Below, piece after piece: positions 17,783 through 28,706 of a DNA stretch of 64,000 nucleotides (position 1 is its first letter; each line of letters starts with the position of its first letter). Under the pieces are notes generated by a model. That model was not told the origin of the DNA and did no database searches. It worked only from the letters and a program-made list of their open reading frames with translations. A program made the translations under genes and the position numbers. The stretch lies in sequence record PQ409239.1; one strand, 5' to 3'. This stretch comes from Klebsiella phage vB_KpnP_PW7.

Positions 17783-18019
17783 ATGTCATACAAACCTAAG
17801 AAGTACCGTATCAAAGACCAACCTGTCATTGGTTCTGCTGCCGGGCAAGAGCAACAGAAAGGGGATATCGTCTATGAATTCATTGGTTACGATTACGGTC
17901 TTTCTCGTGATGACTCTATTGCTACTGGCGCTATACACACCTCCGTAACCATAGAAGCTGATGGTAGTGGTCCGTTCTTCACAGTACCGGTTCATAATCT
18001 GGAGGAAATCCATGATTAA
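17783..18019 (+). CDS. hypothetical protein
   Basis: Start MSYKPKK with RBS GGGAGGA. Confidence 0.4.
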   Translation: MSYKPKKYRIKDQPVIGSAAGQEQQKGDIVYEFIGYDYGLSRDDSIATGAIHTSVTIEADGSGPFFTVPVHNLEEIHD

Positions 18020-18329
18020 CCCAAACGTAGTACACGCTAAGACAGGCGAGTTAGTACCACTATCAGAGGTAAGCTCTGTAGAAGATATAGCCGCCTGTCC
18101 AGCTAACATTGCTTCACTGTGTATGAGCATTGTTGAACACAATCGTCTGTGGACGGAACCAACTGAGGCTATGACTCAAGCAGGTTTGGCAGAAGTGCAA
18201 CGAATGCTAGATGAATGGGCAGAAAATGGCCTTCTCTACGGTGGTGACGCCGAAGAAATTACTGATGACATGGCATCCGATATGGCTGTATTCGTAGTTC
18301 AAGCAATGGCAGGTAAATTAAATGGTTAA
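18012..18329 (+). CDS. hypothetical protein
   Basis: Start MINPNVV with RBS GGAGGAAA; ATGATTAA overlap. Confidence 0.4.
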   Translation: MINPNVVHAKTGELVPLSEVSSVEDIAACPANIASLCMSIVEHNRLWTEPTEAMTQAGLAEVQRMLDEWAENGLLYGGDAEEITDDMASDMAVFVVQAMAGKLNG

Positions 18330-18525
18330 AGGTCAACTATATCGCCATAAAAAGAAAGGCTTTTACATACTGCTTAAGCATAAAGCCTGGTTTCTTGGGG
18401 AAGTCCTTTGGATAGTTAAAACGAACTCCCCTAAATTAAAAGCAAGTGCAAGTGATGGCCAAATCTCAAGCCTTTCTATTAAACGGTCTTATGAGCTAAT
18501 AGCCAACAATTACCAACCCAAATAA
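18322..18525 (+). CDS. hypothetical protein
   Basis: 67-aa ORF. Confidence 0.3.
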   Translation: MVKGQLYRHKKKGFYILLKHKAWFLGEVLWIVKTNSPKLKASASDGQISSLSIKRSYELIANNYQPK

Positions 18526-18543
18526 CATTTACTGGAGAGTAAA

Positions 18544-21063
18544 ATGCAAGTAGCTGATATTACAGAACTGGCCTCATCTGCAACGTTAGGTGCAGGCAAA
18601 GCACAACGTATGAGCATGGCAGAAGACCCAGCTCTGTATCTCACAATGATTATTAGCCTTTACCCCAACGTAAAGCTGGCATTCATTCGTGAGACCATCT
18701 GCAACCAATGGGATGCTCATATTGCTTCAGGGCGTACCGACACGCCTATCAAGATTACTATCGACCGTGACTTGATGCTGACCTTCCGTGACTTCGGTTA
18801 CGGTATTCCAATTGAGAAGATGGATAGCACCTACAACACGTTGGGTGGTTCCACTAAGCGCCATAGCACAGCAGAGACTGGTGGTTTTGGCTTAGGCTGT
18901 AAATCCCCTATTGCTTACGCTGAGTCGTTCAAAGTAGTAACCATGCATAACGGAACCAAGGGAATCTATAACATGGTTCGTTCGTCTGTAGAGACGGATG
19001 GGTTCCCTGGACTGGTTCCTATTATGCAGCTTCCTACAGAAGAATCTGGTCTGGAAGTTAGCATTCAATTGCGTAAAGAAGATGTAGCAGAGATTGTTGG
19101 CTACATTCGTTCCGTAGTTTATAACGGTAGTATGAAGTGCCGTTTCATCTGTGATGCACCGGAACAGGAGTACGACGGTGTTTTACCAAGACTAGATATG
19201 TCATTTGAACCAGGTTCATATAACGTAGATAGTCAAAGCTGGTATCAGCGTCACATGGGCAACCATGCTGTTTATATCCGTTACGGTAACGTTGTATACC
19301 CTGCACTGGAAACTCCTGCTACAGAGCGTGCCATTGGGCTTATTAACAACTTCCTGAGCATCATTGGTCATCCTCGTATCCTGGTTCAAGCAAAGCCGTC
19401 CAGCCTTGCTGTAGCACCTAGTCGTGAAACCCTGTCATCTCAGCAAATGACAGAAAATGGTATCACTGACTTGGTAGTAGGTTTGGTGGATAAGCTGGAA
19501 GCTGATATCAAAGCACGTATTCCTGATGCTATTCAGCAAATTATTGATGGAATTAAGAATGATAGTCAGGATAACTTCGTAATTAGTGAATATAAGGATT
19601 ATATTTCTGACTACGTATCCGACAAAATGGTCAGAGGTTACATGAACTCCTCCCTTTGGGAAAAGCAGCGTAATCACTGGATTCCTCAATTCCAGAACAT
19701 GGAATTAGACCGCCATAGTGATATGGATGTTTTTAGTGGTAATCCCAAGTTACGGGCTAAATTCCGTAAAGTACTTAAGTTGTGTAAGTACAGTGGTACA
19801 GGAAGAAAGCTATTGCATAAATTCTGCTATGACTATGGCATTAAGCCATTGCTCAAAGAATTAGCTAAGCTGGGTCACCATAAAAATGTACGTATACTGA
19901 TGCCAACTGGTGGTGGTTATTATACGTATAAGGAATCTTTCAATAGGGTCTGTTTTTCTCATGGTATAGATGTAATGTACCTAATGAAAAACAAAAAGGC
20001 TTTCATTAGTACTCGTGCTAACGATGTAGGATACAGCATTAGCCACTATCCTCCTTTTGCTAAAATATTCAGCTATACCGGGGATAACCCAAGTACTGCT
20101 ATCTGTATTGCTGTTAAGGTGGGAACCAAGAAAGGTGAAGCTGAATCTGTAGCAGAGCAGTTTATTAAAGCTGGTTGGGATACAGTTAACCTTGCTGAGA
20201 AGTTTGACTGGGACCCTGTTGTTAAAAGTAATCGTATGCTTGCTGAACACAAGCGTAGAGTTAAAGCTAAACAAGCTGCTTTGACTCCAGAGCAGGCTAA
20301 GAAGAAGGATTCTCACCGTCCTAATCGTCTAATCTGCATTCGTGCAATTAAAGATGGTAAGTATATCAGTGGCGGTAATGCTCACCCTCATTATGGTGAA
20401 CGTCACGTGGACGTAGCAAAACCTGACTATTACTGCATGGCTGACCATGTTAGCAACTGGAAAAAGTTAGTATCTGGTATTACTCCTTACCACTTAATCC
20501 CGGAAGAGATTAAGGATGTTACCATCGTTTGTCGCAACAAAATTGAGATGAACAAAGCCATCAAATTAGGTGCTGTTCACATCGATGAGTGGACCAAAGC
20601 TAAATTCCTGGAAATAATTAATTCTAAGGACTTTATTAAGTACGCCACTAAAGAACGACGGATGATAATCCCGGCCTTAAATATCAGCTCTTCCGATATT
20701 AAGCTTATGCGTTTGTTGGGTATTAAGGTACCTGGGTATGACAAGTTAAAATTTAATCGTGAATACGAGCAGGTTTTGCATGTCATAGACGAGGGTTACT
20801 TAAACCCTACCCTTCGTCAGTGGGTTAATGATAGCGTCATCACGGAAGAGGAAAAGGATGCATTATACAACATGGCTAGAGGCACATCATTCGTTAACCG
20901 TAAGGTTTTCCGTACCTACTTTAAATGTACTAATGACCACTTGTTAGGTGTTGGTTATGTTAATGCCAGTGATTTAATTAGTGACATCAAAAAGCACCCT
21001 GAGCTTATCCAAGCTATCCGTACCATCATTAAACTGACCATCAAACAGAGACTGAACTCATGA
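18544..21063 (+). CDS. rIIA: rIIA-like protein (GHKL ATPase-type N-terminus)
   Basis: 839 aa; N-terminal FRDFGYGIP (DxGxG Bergerat motif) and GGFGLGCKS G2-box; N4-like phages encode an rIIA/rIIB pair at this position. Confidence 0.5.
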   Translation: MQVADITELASSATLGAGKAQRMSMAEDPALYLTMIISLYPNVKLAFIRETICNQWDAHIASGRTDTPIKITIDRDLMLTFRDFGYGIPIEKMDSTYNTLGGSTKRHSTAETGGFGLGCKSPIAYAESFKVVTMHNGTKGIYNMVRSSVETDGFPGLVPIMQLPTEESGLEVSIQLRKEDVAEIVGYIRSVVYNGSMKCRFICDAPEQEYDGVLPRLDMSFEPGSYNVDSQSWYQRHMGNHAVYIRYGNVVYPALETPATERAIGLINNFLSIIGHPRILVQAKPSSLAVAPSRETLSSQQMTENGITDLVVGLVDKLEADIKARIPDAIQQIIDGIKNDSQDNFVISEYKDYISDYVSDKMVRGYMNSSLWEKQRNHWIPQFQNMELDRHSDMDVFSGNPKLRAKFRKVLKLCKYSGTGRKLLHKFCYDYGIKPLLKELAKLGHHKNVRILMPTGGGYYTYKESFNRVCFSHGIDVMYLMKNKKAFISTRANDVGYSISHYPPFAKIFSYTGDNPSTAICIAVKVGTKKGEAESVAEQFIKAGWDTVNLAEKFDWDPVVKSNRMLAEHKRRVKAKQAALTPEQAKKKDSHRPNRLICIRAIKDGKYISGGNAHPHYGERHVDVAKPDYYCMADHVSNWKKLVSGITPYHLIPEEIKDVTIVCRNKIEMNKAIKLGAVHIDEWTKAKFLEIINSKDFIKYATKERRMIIPALNISSSDIKLMRLLGIKVPGYDKLKFNREYEQVLHVIDEGYLNPTLRQWVNDSVITEEEKDALYNMARGTSFVNRKVFRTYFKCTNDHLLGVGYVNASDLISDIKKHPELIQAIRTIIKLTIKQRLNS

Positions 21064-23096
21064 ACTCAAATATCGTAGTAATCGTGGCTCTATCCGTAGA
21101 CAGCGAGCGACTCACCCTCTGGAAGACGGATGGCACTACCATCCACATTCCACAAGGTGATACTCGCGTAGCAGCTGTTGTTGCTGAGGCTAAGGCTAAA
21201 GGATTAGCCCCAGGTAAGCCAGTTAGCGTAGATATCACTATGCACAATGCATCTAAGAAGGAATACGCAGATGCAGAACAAGGAACCAATGGACTGGTTC
21301 GCTTCTTCCGCGTAGCTAAGAAGAAACTCTCTGAGTTCTTTGCTGACGACACGGAAGAAAAGCCTGCTGCCCCAGTGGAAACTATTTTCCTGGGTAGCAC
21401 TGCCACTATTGGTGCTAAGGCAATGGACACCTTCCTTGCTGTACGTAACGCTACTCCTGCTGCCGAATCGGTAGAAGAGGTAGAGCACGTAAAAGGTGGC
21501 AGTAAAGCCTTGTGGATTACTGCCCACAACCCAGGAAATCGTGTAGGTGCCATTAAAGCCCTGCGTGAATTCGCAGGCATTGGTCTGAAAGAAGCTTCTG
21601 ATAAGCTGAATGAGCCTTTGCCTATTCGCGTATCTATTCATCTGTCTGAAGACCAGGCTGTTCACTATGCAGGGTTGTTGGCTAAAGAGGGGGTAGTTAC
21701 TACCATCCTCAACGTTGGTGATAACCCACCAGCATTACCAGTAGCAGAATCCAATGCGTCTAAACTGGATGCAGCAGAAGAGAAGCTCATGAAGCTTGGT
21801 GGTATCTCAACTAATGAGAACAAGTTTCACGAGCCACTGGCTGAAGACGAAACCATTGTTGCTGTTGTCAACAACACAGTGGTACCTGGTGTTGAAGGTA
21901 TTCAGCGTCAGATTCGTCAGTCTGCAAAACTCAAAGACTTCCGTGGCTTCACCAAGTTCTTAGAGCGACTGGCTCCTGTTATTAAGAACCGCCGTCACTC
22001 AGTAGAAGACCTGATGCAGTTTATGGAGACGGGTAACCTGCCTATTGCAGATGATGGTTCTATCGTCATCTTCAAACGCCTTAACCTAAAAGGTAGCCCT
22101 AAGCATGTCAAAGCCGAACGTGTCTATGTTGACGTACACTCCGGTAACATTGAACAGGCTGTTGGCTCTAAGGTGCAGGTACGTGAAGACCTGGTAGACC
22201 AAAACCGTCGCCAAGACTGTTCACACGGTCTGCATGTGGCTACTCAGCAGTACATTACTAGCTTCAGTGGTAATGTGACCATCATTGGTAAAGTTGCACC
22301 AGAAGACGTTTTTGCTGTACCTGAATACAGTAAAACTAAAATGCGTGTAGCTGCTTACCATATTGTAGAAGAGCTGCCACCAGTTATCCGTGACCACGTA
22401 AATTGCGGTCGTCCTATTGATACCATCCCAGGTGGTGCAGAAATCCTTAACCGGGTTCTGTCCGGTAAACACCCGCAACCGAACCTGTTAGTTCATGTTG
22501 CAGGTCACCGTGGTACTAATCTTACTTACACAGTGCTTAACGCTACTCTGGCCGAACCAGAAGTAGAAGTGGGTACTTACGTAGAGAAGCCTACCATCGA
22601 CCTGGAAGAATCACTGGAAGTGACCCCAAACACGGCACCGGTAGTGAAAGCTACTGATGTTAAACCCATCGAGAAGAAGAAATCCAATATGGAACTTGCT
22701 GACGAACTCTGGAATAAATTCCAGAATGCTGAAACCGCTACGGTAGCAGCAGAAGTAGCTGGCGAACTGATTGCCCTTAAAGGCAAGATGAAGAAACCTT
22801 GGTCTGCACTGGGTCTCTCTTCTGACATGGTTCAACAGTTGGCTGATGCTCGCACCAAAATGCCAGTAGAACGTAAACCGGAACCAGTGAAGAAAGCGGT
22901 AGTTTCTGCACCGGCTAAGGGAAGCAAACATGCAGATACCATTCGTGGTTATCTGAATGATGCTGGCATGAGTGACTACTCTAAGGCACATGCTATCCAT
23001 GACCTGAAACGTGCAGCTAAGAAGTCTTATGCAGCACTTGGTTTGACAGAAGATGAAGTAAAAGCTATTGACAAGCTGAAGCATCATCTGAAGTAA
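21060..23096 (+). CDS. rIIB-like / hypothetical large protein
   Basis: 678 aa, translationally coupled to the rIIA-like gene; assignment by position only. Confidence 0.35.
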   Translation: MNSNIVVIVALSVDSERLTLWKTDGTTIHIPQGDTRVAAVVAEAKAKGLAPGKPVSVDITMHNASKKEYADAEQGTNGLVRFFRVAKKKLSEFFADDTEEKPAAPVETIFLGSTATIGAKAMDTFLAVRNATPAAESVEEVEHVKGGSKALWITAHNPGNRVGAIKALREFAGIGLKEASDKLNEPLPIRVSIHLSEDQAVHYAGLLAKEGVVTTILNVGDNPPALPVAESNASKLDAAEEKLMKLGGISTNENKFHEPLAEDETIVAVVNNTVVPGVEGIQRQIRQSAKLKDFRGFTKFLERLAPVIKNRRHSVEDLMQFMETGNLPIADDGSIVIFKRLNLKGSPKHVKAERVYVDVHSGNIEQAVGSKVQVREDLVDQNRRQDCSHGLHVATQQYITSFSGNVTIIGKVAPEDVFAVPEYSKTKMRVAAYHIVEELPPVIRDHVNCGRPIDTIPGGAEILNRVLSGKHPQPNLLVHVAGHRGTNLTYTVLNATLAEPEVEVGTYVEKPTIDLEESLEVTPNTAPVVKATDVKPIEKKKSNMELADELWNKFQNAETATVAAEVAGELIALKGKMKKPWSALGLSSDMVQQLADARTKMPVERKPEPVKKAVVSAPAKGSKHADTIRGYLNDAGMSDYSKAHAIHDLKRAAKKSYAALGLTEDEVKAIDKLKHHLK

Positions 23097-23106
23097 CCTG
23101 TTCAAG

Positions 23107-23140
23107 TAGCCTCAGTTGAAATATACTGAGGCTATCTTTG
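23107..23140 (+). terminator. hairpin, possible terminator
   Basis: TAGCCTCAG (10-nt loop) CTGAGGCTA then TCTTTG. Confidence 0.45.
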
Positions 23141-23155
23141 AAGAGGAAATATACT

Positions 23156-23551
23156 ATGTCTACTGTATACCGTGCTAACCGCAAAGCCCATGACGATGAT
23201 ATTATCCGAATGAACTCCATCGGATTATCACTCGCTACTATTGCCAAAACTCTTGGCGTACACCCAACCACTGTAACTTTACGATTACGCTCTCTGAACA
23301 TTGAACCTGCTGACACTCGTCGCACATTCATGGAGAACGTACTTGCACCAATGCCTACTCATGTAGCGGATTGGTTGGCAGACCAGTTAGGCCCCAAATA
23401 CGAGATTCGTCAATATGTGCGAGACTTGTTAATGGAGGCTTACCAGAATCGTCATAATCTTAAAGGTACAGCTCATGAGCGATTCCTCAAACGATACGCT
23501 GGTACAGACTCAGAATTGGTTTCTGAAGGCAGTGCCGAGTCCAACTCATAA
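23156..23551 (+). CDS. HTH DNA-binding protein
   Basis: LSLATIAKTLGVHPTTVTLRLRSL helix-turn-helix; start ATG at 23156 with RBS GAGGAAA. Confidence 0.45.
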   Translation: MSTVYRANRKAHDDDIIRMNSIGLSLATIAKTLGVHPTTVTLRLRSLNIEPADTRRTFMENVLAPMPTHVADWLADQLGPKYEIRQYVRDLLMEAYQNRHNLKGTAHERFLKRYAGTDSELVSEGSAESNS

Positions 23552-23936
23552 AAATGTTACAACCCAGATTGGTTGTCACTTGGAAGAAGTGGCAGAAATG
23601 CTGACAGTCTTGAAGAGTGACAACCCATTCCAGTCTATGGTCATTGCAGATGCCATTGCATCATTAGTTTTACTATCAGACCGTCTTAAATCCTACGGAG
23701 AAGATACCTACGTAAGGGAAGAAGACCGTGCAGAACTGCTTGATGCACTCTGTGACCAGATTGTAACAGCTACTGGCATCGGTACTTTCCTTGGTATGAA
23801 CGTACCTGGGGCATTATCCGAAGTAAACCGTTCTAATTACTCAAAGTTCGTGGATGGCAAGCCCGTCTTCAATGAGAACCAGAAAGTGATGAAAGGTCCA
23901 GATTATACTCCCCCAGCCTTAACCCCATTCATTTAA
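23475..23936 (+). CDS. putative MazG-like nucleotide pyrophosphohydrolase (start uncertain)
   Basis: HLEEVAEML (ExxE-type) and downstream DALCD acidic motifs; overlaps the previous gene by 77 nt, so the true start may differ. Confidence 0.35.
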   Translation: MSDSSNDTLVQTQNWFLKAVPSPTHKNVTTQIGCHLEEVAEMLTVLKSDNPFQSMVIADAIASLVLLSDRLKSYGEDTYVREEDRAELLDALCDQIVTATGIGTFLGMNVPGALSEVNRSNYSKFVDGKPVFNENQKVMKGPDYTPPALTPFI

Positions 23937-23972
23937 CACTGCCCAAAAGGGTAGTCACATGTAGGAACTTAG

Positions 23973-25280
23973 ATGAGTAACTCTACAAAACTGCCCTTAA
24001 ACGCTGGGCAGACTGAAGCTGCTGAAGGCTTTTTTGAATTCTTGTTTGATAAGCACGAGAAGGAACTCAATATCAGTGGTGCAGGCGGCGTAGGTAAGAC
24101 ATTTACCATGGCTCACATGATTGATGAAATCATGCCTCGTTACCACAAGACCTGTCAGACTCTGGGCATTAAGTCAGAGTATGACGAAGTAGTAATGACA
24201 GCTACCACTAACAAGGCTGCTGAGGTACTGGCTCAGGCTACTGGACGACCTGCCAGTACATATCATGCTTTCCAGGGGCTAACTGTTAAGAACAACTTCT
24301 CTACCGGGGAAGCTGACTTAATCCCAGCTCGCAACTACTCAATCAAGCACAATAAGGTCATCTTTATTGATGAGGCATCGATGATTGACCGTAAGCTGCG
24401 TAAGTTCATTCTGGAAGGTACACACAACAGTAAGATTGTTTACGTTGGTGACCATGCTCAGTTACTGCCGGTAAAAGAAGTAAGTTCCCCTGTTTATGAC
24501 AGTGGAATTAAAACCTTTTACTTAACCGAGCAAATGCGTACCACTATCCCAGAGCTTCAGGCATTGCATAAACAACTGCGTGACACTGTGGAAGGTAAGA
24601 CTGGTTTCCTGCCCATTAAGTGTGTGCCAGGTGTTATTGACTGGGTAGACTCAGACGACATGCAACTGTTGCTGGAACAGCACTTCACTAACAAAACCAA
24701 TAGTCGTATTGTGGCTTACACCAACGGTCAGGTAGTTAACTACAATACCTACGTTCGTGACCTGAATGGTTTAGCTGGTGAGTTTGTTGTTGGTGAGGAA
24801 CTGGTGAGTAACTCAGCAGTTACTATCGGTAAATCCGACCGTTTGTCTATTGAGCAAGAAGTACGGATTACTGACCGGGAACCAAGGACTCGCATGGTTC
24901 GTATCACTGATGATATCGAGCTTGAAGTACGAGATTGTACGTTAGACACCGGTTACGGTGGCTACATTGAAGAAGTACCAATCCCTGTTGATTATGAGTA
25001 CTTCAACAACCTGGTTAAGTTCTTTGGTAAACAAAAACGATGGGACATTTACTTTAAATTAAAGGAAACGTACCCAGAGTTACGTGCAACACATGCATGT
25101 ACTGTACATAAATCCCAAGGTTCCACTTACGACACCGTGTTTATTGATGCAGGTGATTTATCTACTTGCCGTCAGCCGGATGTAGTAGCTCGTCTGCTTT
25201 ACGTAGCTGTATCACGTGCTCGTAAGCGTGTTGTATTTTACGGCGACCTTGCTAAAAAGTATGGTGGCTTAATTAAGTAG
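23973..25280 (+). CDS. SF1 DNA helicase (Dda/RecD-like)
   Basis: Walker A GAGGVGKT; IFIDEASMI (motif II); C-terminal TVHKSQGSTYDTVFI and YVAVSRAR motifs. Confidence 0.75.
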   Translation: MSNSTKLPLNAGQTEAAEGFFEFLFDKHEKELNISGAGGVGKTFTMAHMIDEIMPRYHKTCQTLGIKSEYDEVVMTATTNKAAEVLAQATGRPASTYHAFQGLTVKNNFSTGEADLIPARNYSIKHNKVIFIDEASMIDRKLRKFILEGTHNSKIVYVGDHAQLLPVKEVSSPVYDSGIKTFYLTEQMRTTIPELQALHKQLRDTVEGKTGFLPIKCVPGVIDWVDSDDMQLLLEQHFTNKTNSRIVAYTNGQVVNYNTYVRDLNGLAGEFVVGEELVSNSAVTIGKSDRLSIEQEVRITDREPRTRMVRITDDIELEVRDCTLDTGYGGYIEEVPIPVDYEYFNNLVKFFGKQKRWDIYFKLKETYPELRATHACTVHKSQGSTYDTVFIDAGDLSTCRQPDVVARLLYVAVSRARKRVVFYGDLAKKYGGLIK

Positions 25281-25288
25281 GTGGCCCA

Positions 25289-25819
25289 ATGGCTCAGATA
25301 TCAGAAAAGAACATTCACGAAAATACCAATAGTAGTGCAATCGTTAAACACCTATTCCTGGCTGAATTGAAAAGGCTGGATGATACCCTTGCTGAATTAG
25401 TACGGGAAAATGAAAACCTTCAAGGCGTGTTTGATACCGTAGGTTTTCAGTATCAAGGTGAGTTTTACAAAGTTAGTAATGCTAGTCGAATTCCACCATA
25501 TGGAGAAAGATTGTCATTGCATGACTCACTGATAGAACGTATGCAACGTTATCTGGACAGGTCTGGTCGGTTGCTATGGGAATGCACCCAGGTAAACCAG
25601 ATGGTATTCAGGCTGGTTCAGGGGTGCACAACCAGACAGGATATTCGTGATGCTTTACCAGAGTGCCTTGTAGCACAAGACAAGGATATGGGACTTCAGA
25701 CATTTGAGCGTACAAGGCCAGCTGCTTACACACTTGATAATGATAAGCGAGCTATGAAGCAGTATGAGAAGATTTTACCAATCATCGAATACTACTCAGG
25801 AACTCATTTATTGTTCTAG
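25289..25819 (+). CDS. hypothetical protein
   Basis: 176-aa ORF. Confidence 0.45.
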   Translation: MAQISEKNIHENTNSSAIVKHLFLAELKRLDDTLAELVRENENLQGVFDTVGFQYQGEFYKVSNASRIPPYGERLSLHDSLIERMQRYLDRSGRLLWECTQVNQMVFRLVQGCTTRQDIRDALPECLVAQDKDMGLQTFERTRPAAYTLDNDKRAMKQYEKILPIIEYYSGTHLLF

Positions 25820-25821
25820 AG

Positions 25822-28410
25822 GTGTACATGAGACATGTTGTATTTGACCAGTCTGGGGAATATCCAGTAGCTGTACTGGTACCCATGATAAGGGCAGATG
25901 AAATTGTCAAAGAGTACCTTGAACCATGGGAAATTGATAAAGAGTCGGTAATTATTCTCGACTTGCACCAAGCACCAGGTAAAAAGAAAACTCCTGTGAA
26001 GGAGATTAAGCAGTATATCGAAGACGAACTTCTGCCCGTACTGAAGCAATCCAAAACTAATTACGTTATCTGTGGCGACAGTGAGTACTTTAAAGTACTT
26101 ACTAAGTCTGCCAAAGCTGAAGCTTGCTTAGGTTACGTAATGGATTGTCAGTATGACCCCGATATTAAAGTTGTTTACGTGCCTAACTACAGGCAGGTAT
26201 TTTATGACCCGCCTAAGATTAAGGCCAAGATTGCTCAGGGCATTTCTGCATTAGTGGACTATGTAACTGACAACTACGTGGAACCAGGTACAACCATCAT
26301 TGAGTATGCTGATTATCCTAAAACTCCTGAAGCTATTCAGGCGTGGTTGGACACACTGCTGGAACAACAAATACCATTGGCAATAGACATCGAAGCCTTT
26401 GACCTGAAGCACTATAACGCAGGCATTGGTACCATAACGATGTGCTGGAGTAAGACCCAGGGGATTGCATTCCCTGTGGACTACAAGCCCATTGAGGGGG
26501 CTACAGAGGCCCCATTCGGTGAGTATGTTCCTAACTTACTTGTACGTACTATGCTTCGTGAGTTCTTCCAGAAGTATCTGGCGAGAACCATGTACCACAA
26601 CATCTCATATGACGTTTACGTCATGATTTATGTGTTGTACATGACTGACTTGCTTGATACGGATGGTTTGCTTAATGGTATTGATATATTGCTGCGTAAT
26701 TGGGATGACACCAAGTTAATTACCTACCTAGCTACTAATAGCTGTGCAGGTAATAAGCTGGGCTTGAAGGAGCAAGCACAGGAATATGCAGGTAACTACG
26801 CCCAGGACGATATCAAGGATATTCGCAGAATTCCTTTAGATACTTTGCTTGAGTATAACCTTGTGGATGGCCTGTCCACTTGGTACACCTATGAAAAGCA
26901 CTGGGATAATATGGTTGCTGACCAGCAATTGGATATTTACAACAATATCTTTAAGCCTGCTACGGTAGACATTATCCAGATGCAACTTACCGGTATGCCC
27001 ATGAATATGGAAACGGTAAAAAAAGTTGCAAAGGAAATGGAGGATGACCGTAGTGCAGCGTTGAAAACCATCAAAAACAGCCCAATCACCAAACAGTTTG
27101 ACTTGCTGGAAGGACAGGCTTGGGTACTGGAAAAGAATGCTACTCTGAAGAAGAAGCGAGTAACACTTGCTGATTATAAAGACACATTCAATCCAAACTC
27201 AGGGCCACAACTGCAACGACTGCTGTTTGATATGCTGGGCTTGCCTGTAATTGGTTTAACCAAGAACAAGCAACCGGAGACTGGTGGCGATACACTCAAG
27301 GACTTAAAGAACCATACAACCGATAAGGAAGTGCTAGCTTTCCTGGATGCTCTTATAGACTACAAGTTAGTGGATAAGATAATCACAGGCTTTATGCCAG
27401 CATTCCTTAATGCAAGGCAGGGGCCAGATGGTTGGCATTACCTGTTCGGAAACCTTAACTTAGGTGGTACCGTATCAGGCAGACTATCTGCATCAGACCC
27501 TAACCTGCAAACTATTCCATCTGGTTCTAAGTATGCTAAGAAGATTAAATCATGCTTCGAGGCACCACCAGGATGGATATTTTGTGGATTAGACTTTGCA
27601 TCCCTGGAAGACCGCATCTCTGCATTAACGACTAAAGACCCAGAGAAGCTGAAGGTGTATACCGATGGCTACGACGGTCATAGTCTCCGTGCTTTTGCTT
27701 ACTTTGGTGAGCAGATGCCGGATATTGTTAATACAGTAGAGTCCATTAACTCCATCCAAACTAAGTACAAAGCACTACGTGGTGAGTCCAAAGCACCTAC
27801 GTTCTTGCTCACCTACGGTGGTACTTATATGGGGCTAATGAAGAACTGTGGTTTCCCTGAAGCTAAGGCCAAGCTAACCGAGAAACGTTATCACGACCTG
27901 TACACAGTTAGTGACAATTGGGTTCAGGCAAAACTTGACCAGGCTGCTAAGGATGGTTATGTTACTGCCGCATTCGGGTTGAGAGTGCGTACCCCTTTAC
28001 TGTACCAAGTACTACGTGGAACCAGTAAGACCCCTTATGAGGCAGAAGCCGAAGGCAGAACAGCAGGTAACGCATTAGGTCAGAGTTGGTGTTTGCTAAA
28101 CAACCGAGCAGGCTCTGAGTTTATGAACAAGGTTCGTAAAAGTGAGTATCGCCTAGATATTCGCCCTAGCATCCACATCCACGATGCTCAATACTTCATG
28201 ATACGTGACAATATGGACACGGTTATGTATGTCAACGAGCACCTGGTTAAAGCTGTTCAGTGGCAGGACCATCCTGATATTGCTCACCCAGACGTTCATT
28301 TGGGTGGGGAACTATCCTTGTTTTATCCAACATGGGCTAACGAGATTGAAATTCCAAACTATGCTACGCCCGAACAAATCAACGATTTAATTCAAAAGGC
28401 ATTTTCATGA
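25822..28410 (+). CDS. family A DNA polymerase with 3'-5' exonuclease domain
   Basis: Exo I LAIDIEAFDL; motif A LDFASLEDRI; motif B KALRGESKAPTFLLTYGG; motif C IHIHDAQYF. Confidence 0.8.
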   Translation: MYMRHVVFDQSGEYPVAVLVPMIRADEIVKEYLEPWEIDKESVIILDLHQAPGKKKTPVKEIKQYIEDELLPVLKQSKTNYVICGDSEYFKVLTKSAKAEACLGYVMDCQYDPDIKVVYVPNYRQVFYDPPKIKAKIAQGISALVDYVTDNYVEPGTTIIEYADYPKTPEAIQAWLDTLLEQQIPLAIDIEAFDLKHYNAGIGTITMCWSKTQGIAFPVDYKPIEGATEAPFGEYVPNLLVRTMLREFFQKYLARTMYHNISYDVYVMIYVLYMTDLLDTDGLLNGIDILLRNWDDTKLITYLATNSCAGNKLGLKEQAQEYAGNYAQDDIKDIRRIPLDTLLEYNLVDGLSTWYTYEKHWDNMVADQQLDIYNNIFKPATVDIIQMQLTGMPMNMETVKKVAKEMEDDRSAALKTIKNSPITKQFDLLEGQAWVLEKNATLKKKRVTLADYKDTFNPNSGPQLQRLLFDMLGLPVIGLTKNKQPETGGDTLKDLKNHTTDKEVLAFLDALIDYKLVDKIITGFMPAFLNARQGPDGWHYLFGNLNLGGTVSGRLSASDPNLQTIPSGSKYAKKIKSCFEAPPGWIFCGLDFASLEDRISALTTKDPEKLKVYTDGYDGHSLRAFAYFGEQMPDIVNTVESINSIQTKYKALRGESKAPTFLLTYGGTYMGLMKNCGFPEAKAKLTEKRYHDLYTVSDNWVQAKLDQAAKDGYVTAAFGLRVRTPLLYQVLRGTSKTPYEAEAEGRTAGNALGQSWCLLNNRAGSEFMNKVRKSEYRLDIRPSIHIHDAQYFMIRDNMDTVMYVNEHLVKAVQWQDHPDIAHPDVHLGGELSLFYPTWANEIEIPNYATPEQINDLIQKAFS

Positions 28411-28706
28411 CTGAACAAAAAGCTATGTACCACTGGTTAGTATCAGCTCAGGTAGTCTTTCAGAACAAAGACGCTTCAGATGGTGGTGTTGTACCCATCA
28501 ACGCAGTACTGCTGACTGAGAAGCCGGTTGTAAATGCCCAAGCACTTGCACAAGCCCAACGTACAGTGACGGCTAACATGCAGGAACGTTTCCAAGACCC
28601 AGATATGGGTATTGTAGATATCGTGTTCCTCGCTTTTAACAACCTGGGATTGATGACTCGTGAAGAGTTCAACCCGGACAACGCAGTAAAGCCTGCTAAC
28701 GGATAA
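28407..28706 (+). CDS. hypothetical protein
   Basis: 99-aa ORF coupled to the DNA polymerase stop. Confidence 0.4.
   Translation: MTEQKAMYHWLVSAQVVFQNKDASDGGVVPINAVLLTEKPVVNAQALAQAQRTVTANMQERFQDPDMGIVDIVFLAFNNLGLMTREEFNPDNAVKPANG

Noticed and set aside
21041-21665. Reverse-strand ORFs (179 and 153 aa) antisense to the start of the rIIB-like gene
   Set aside because: They are antisense to an early operon that runs uninterrupted on the forward strand, and no signals were seen.
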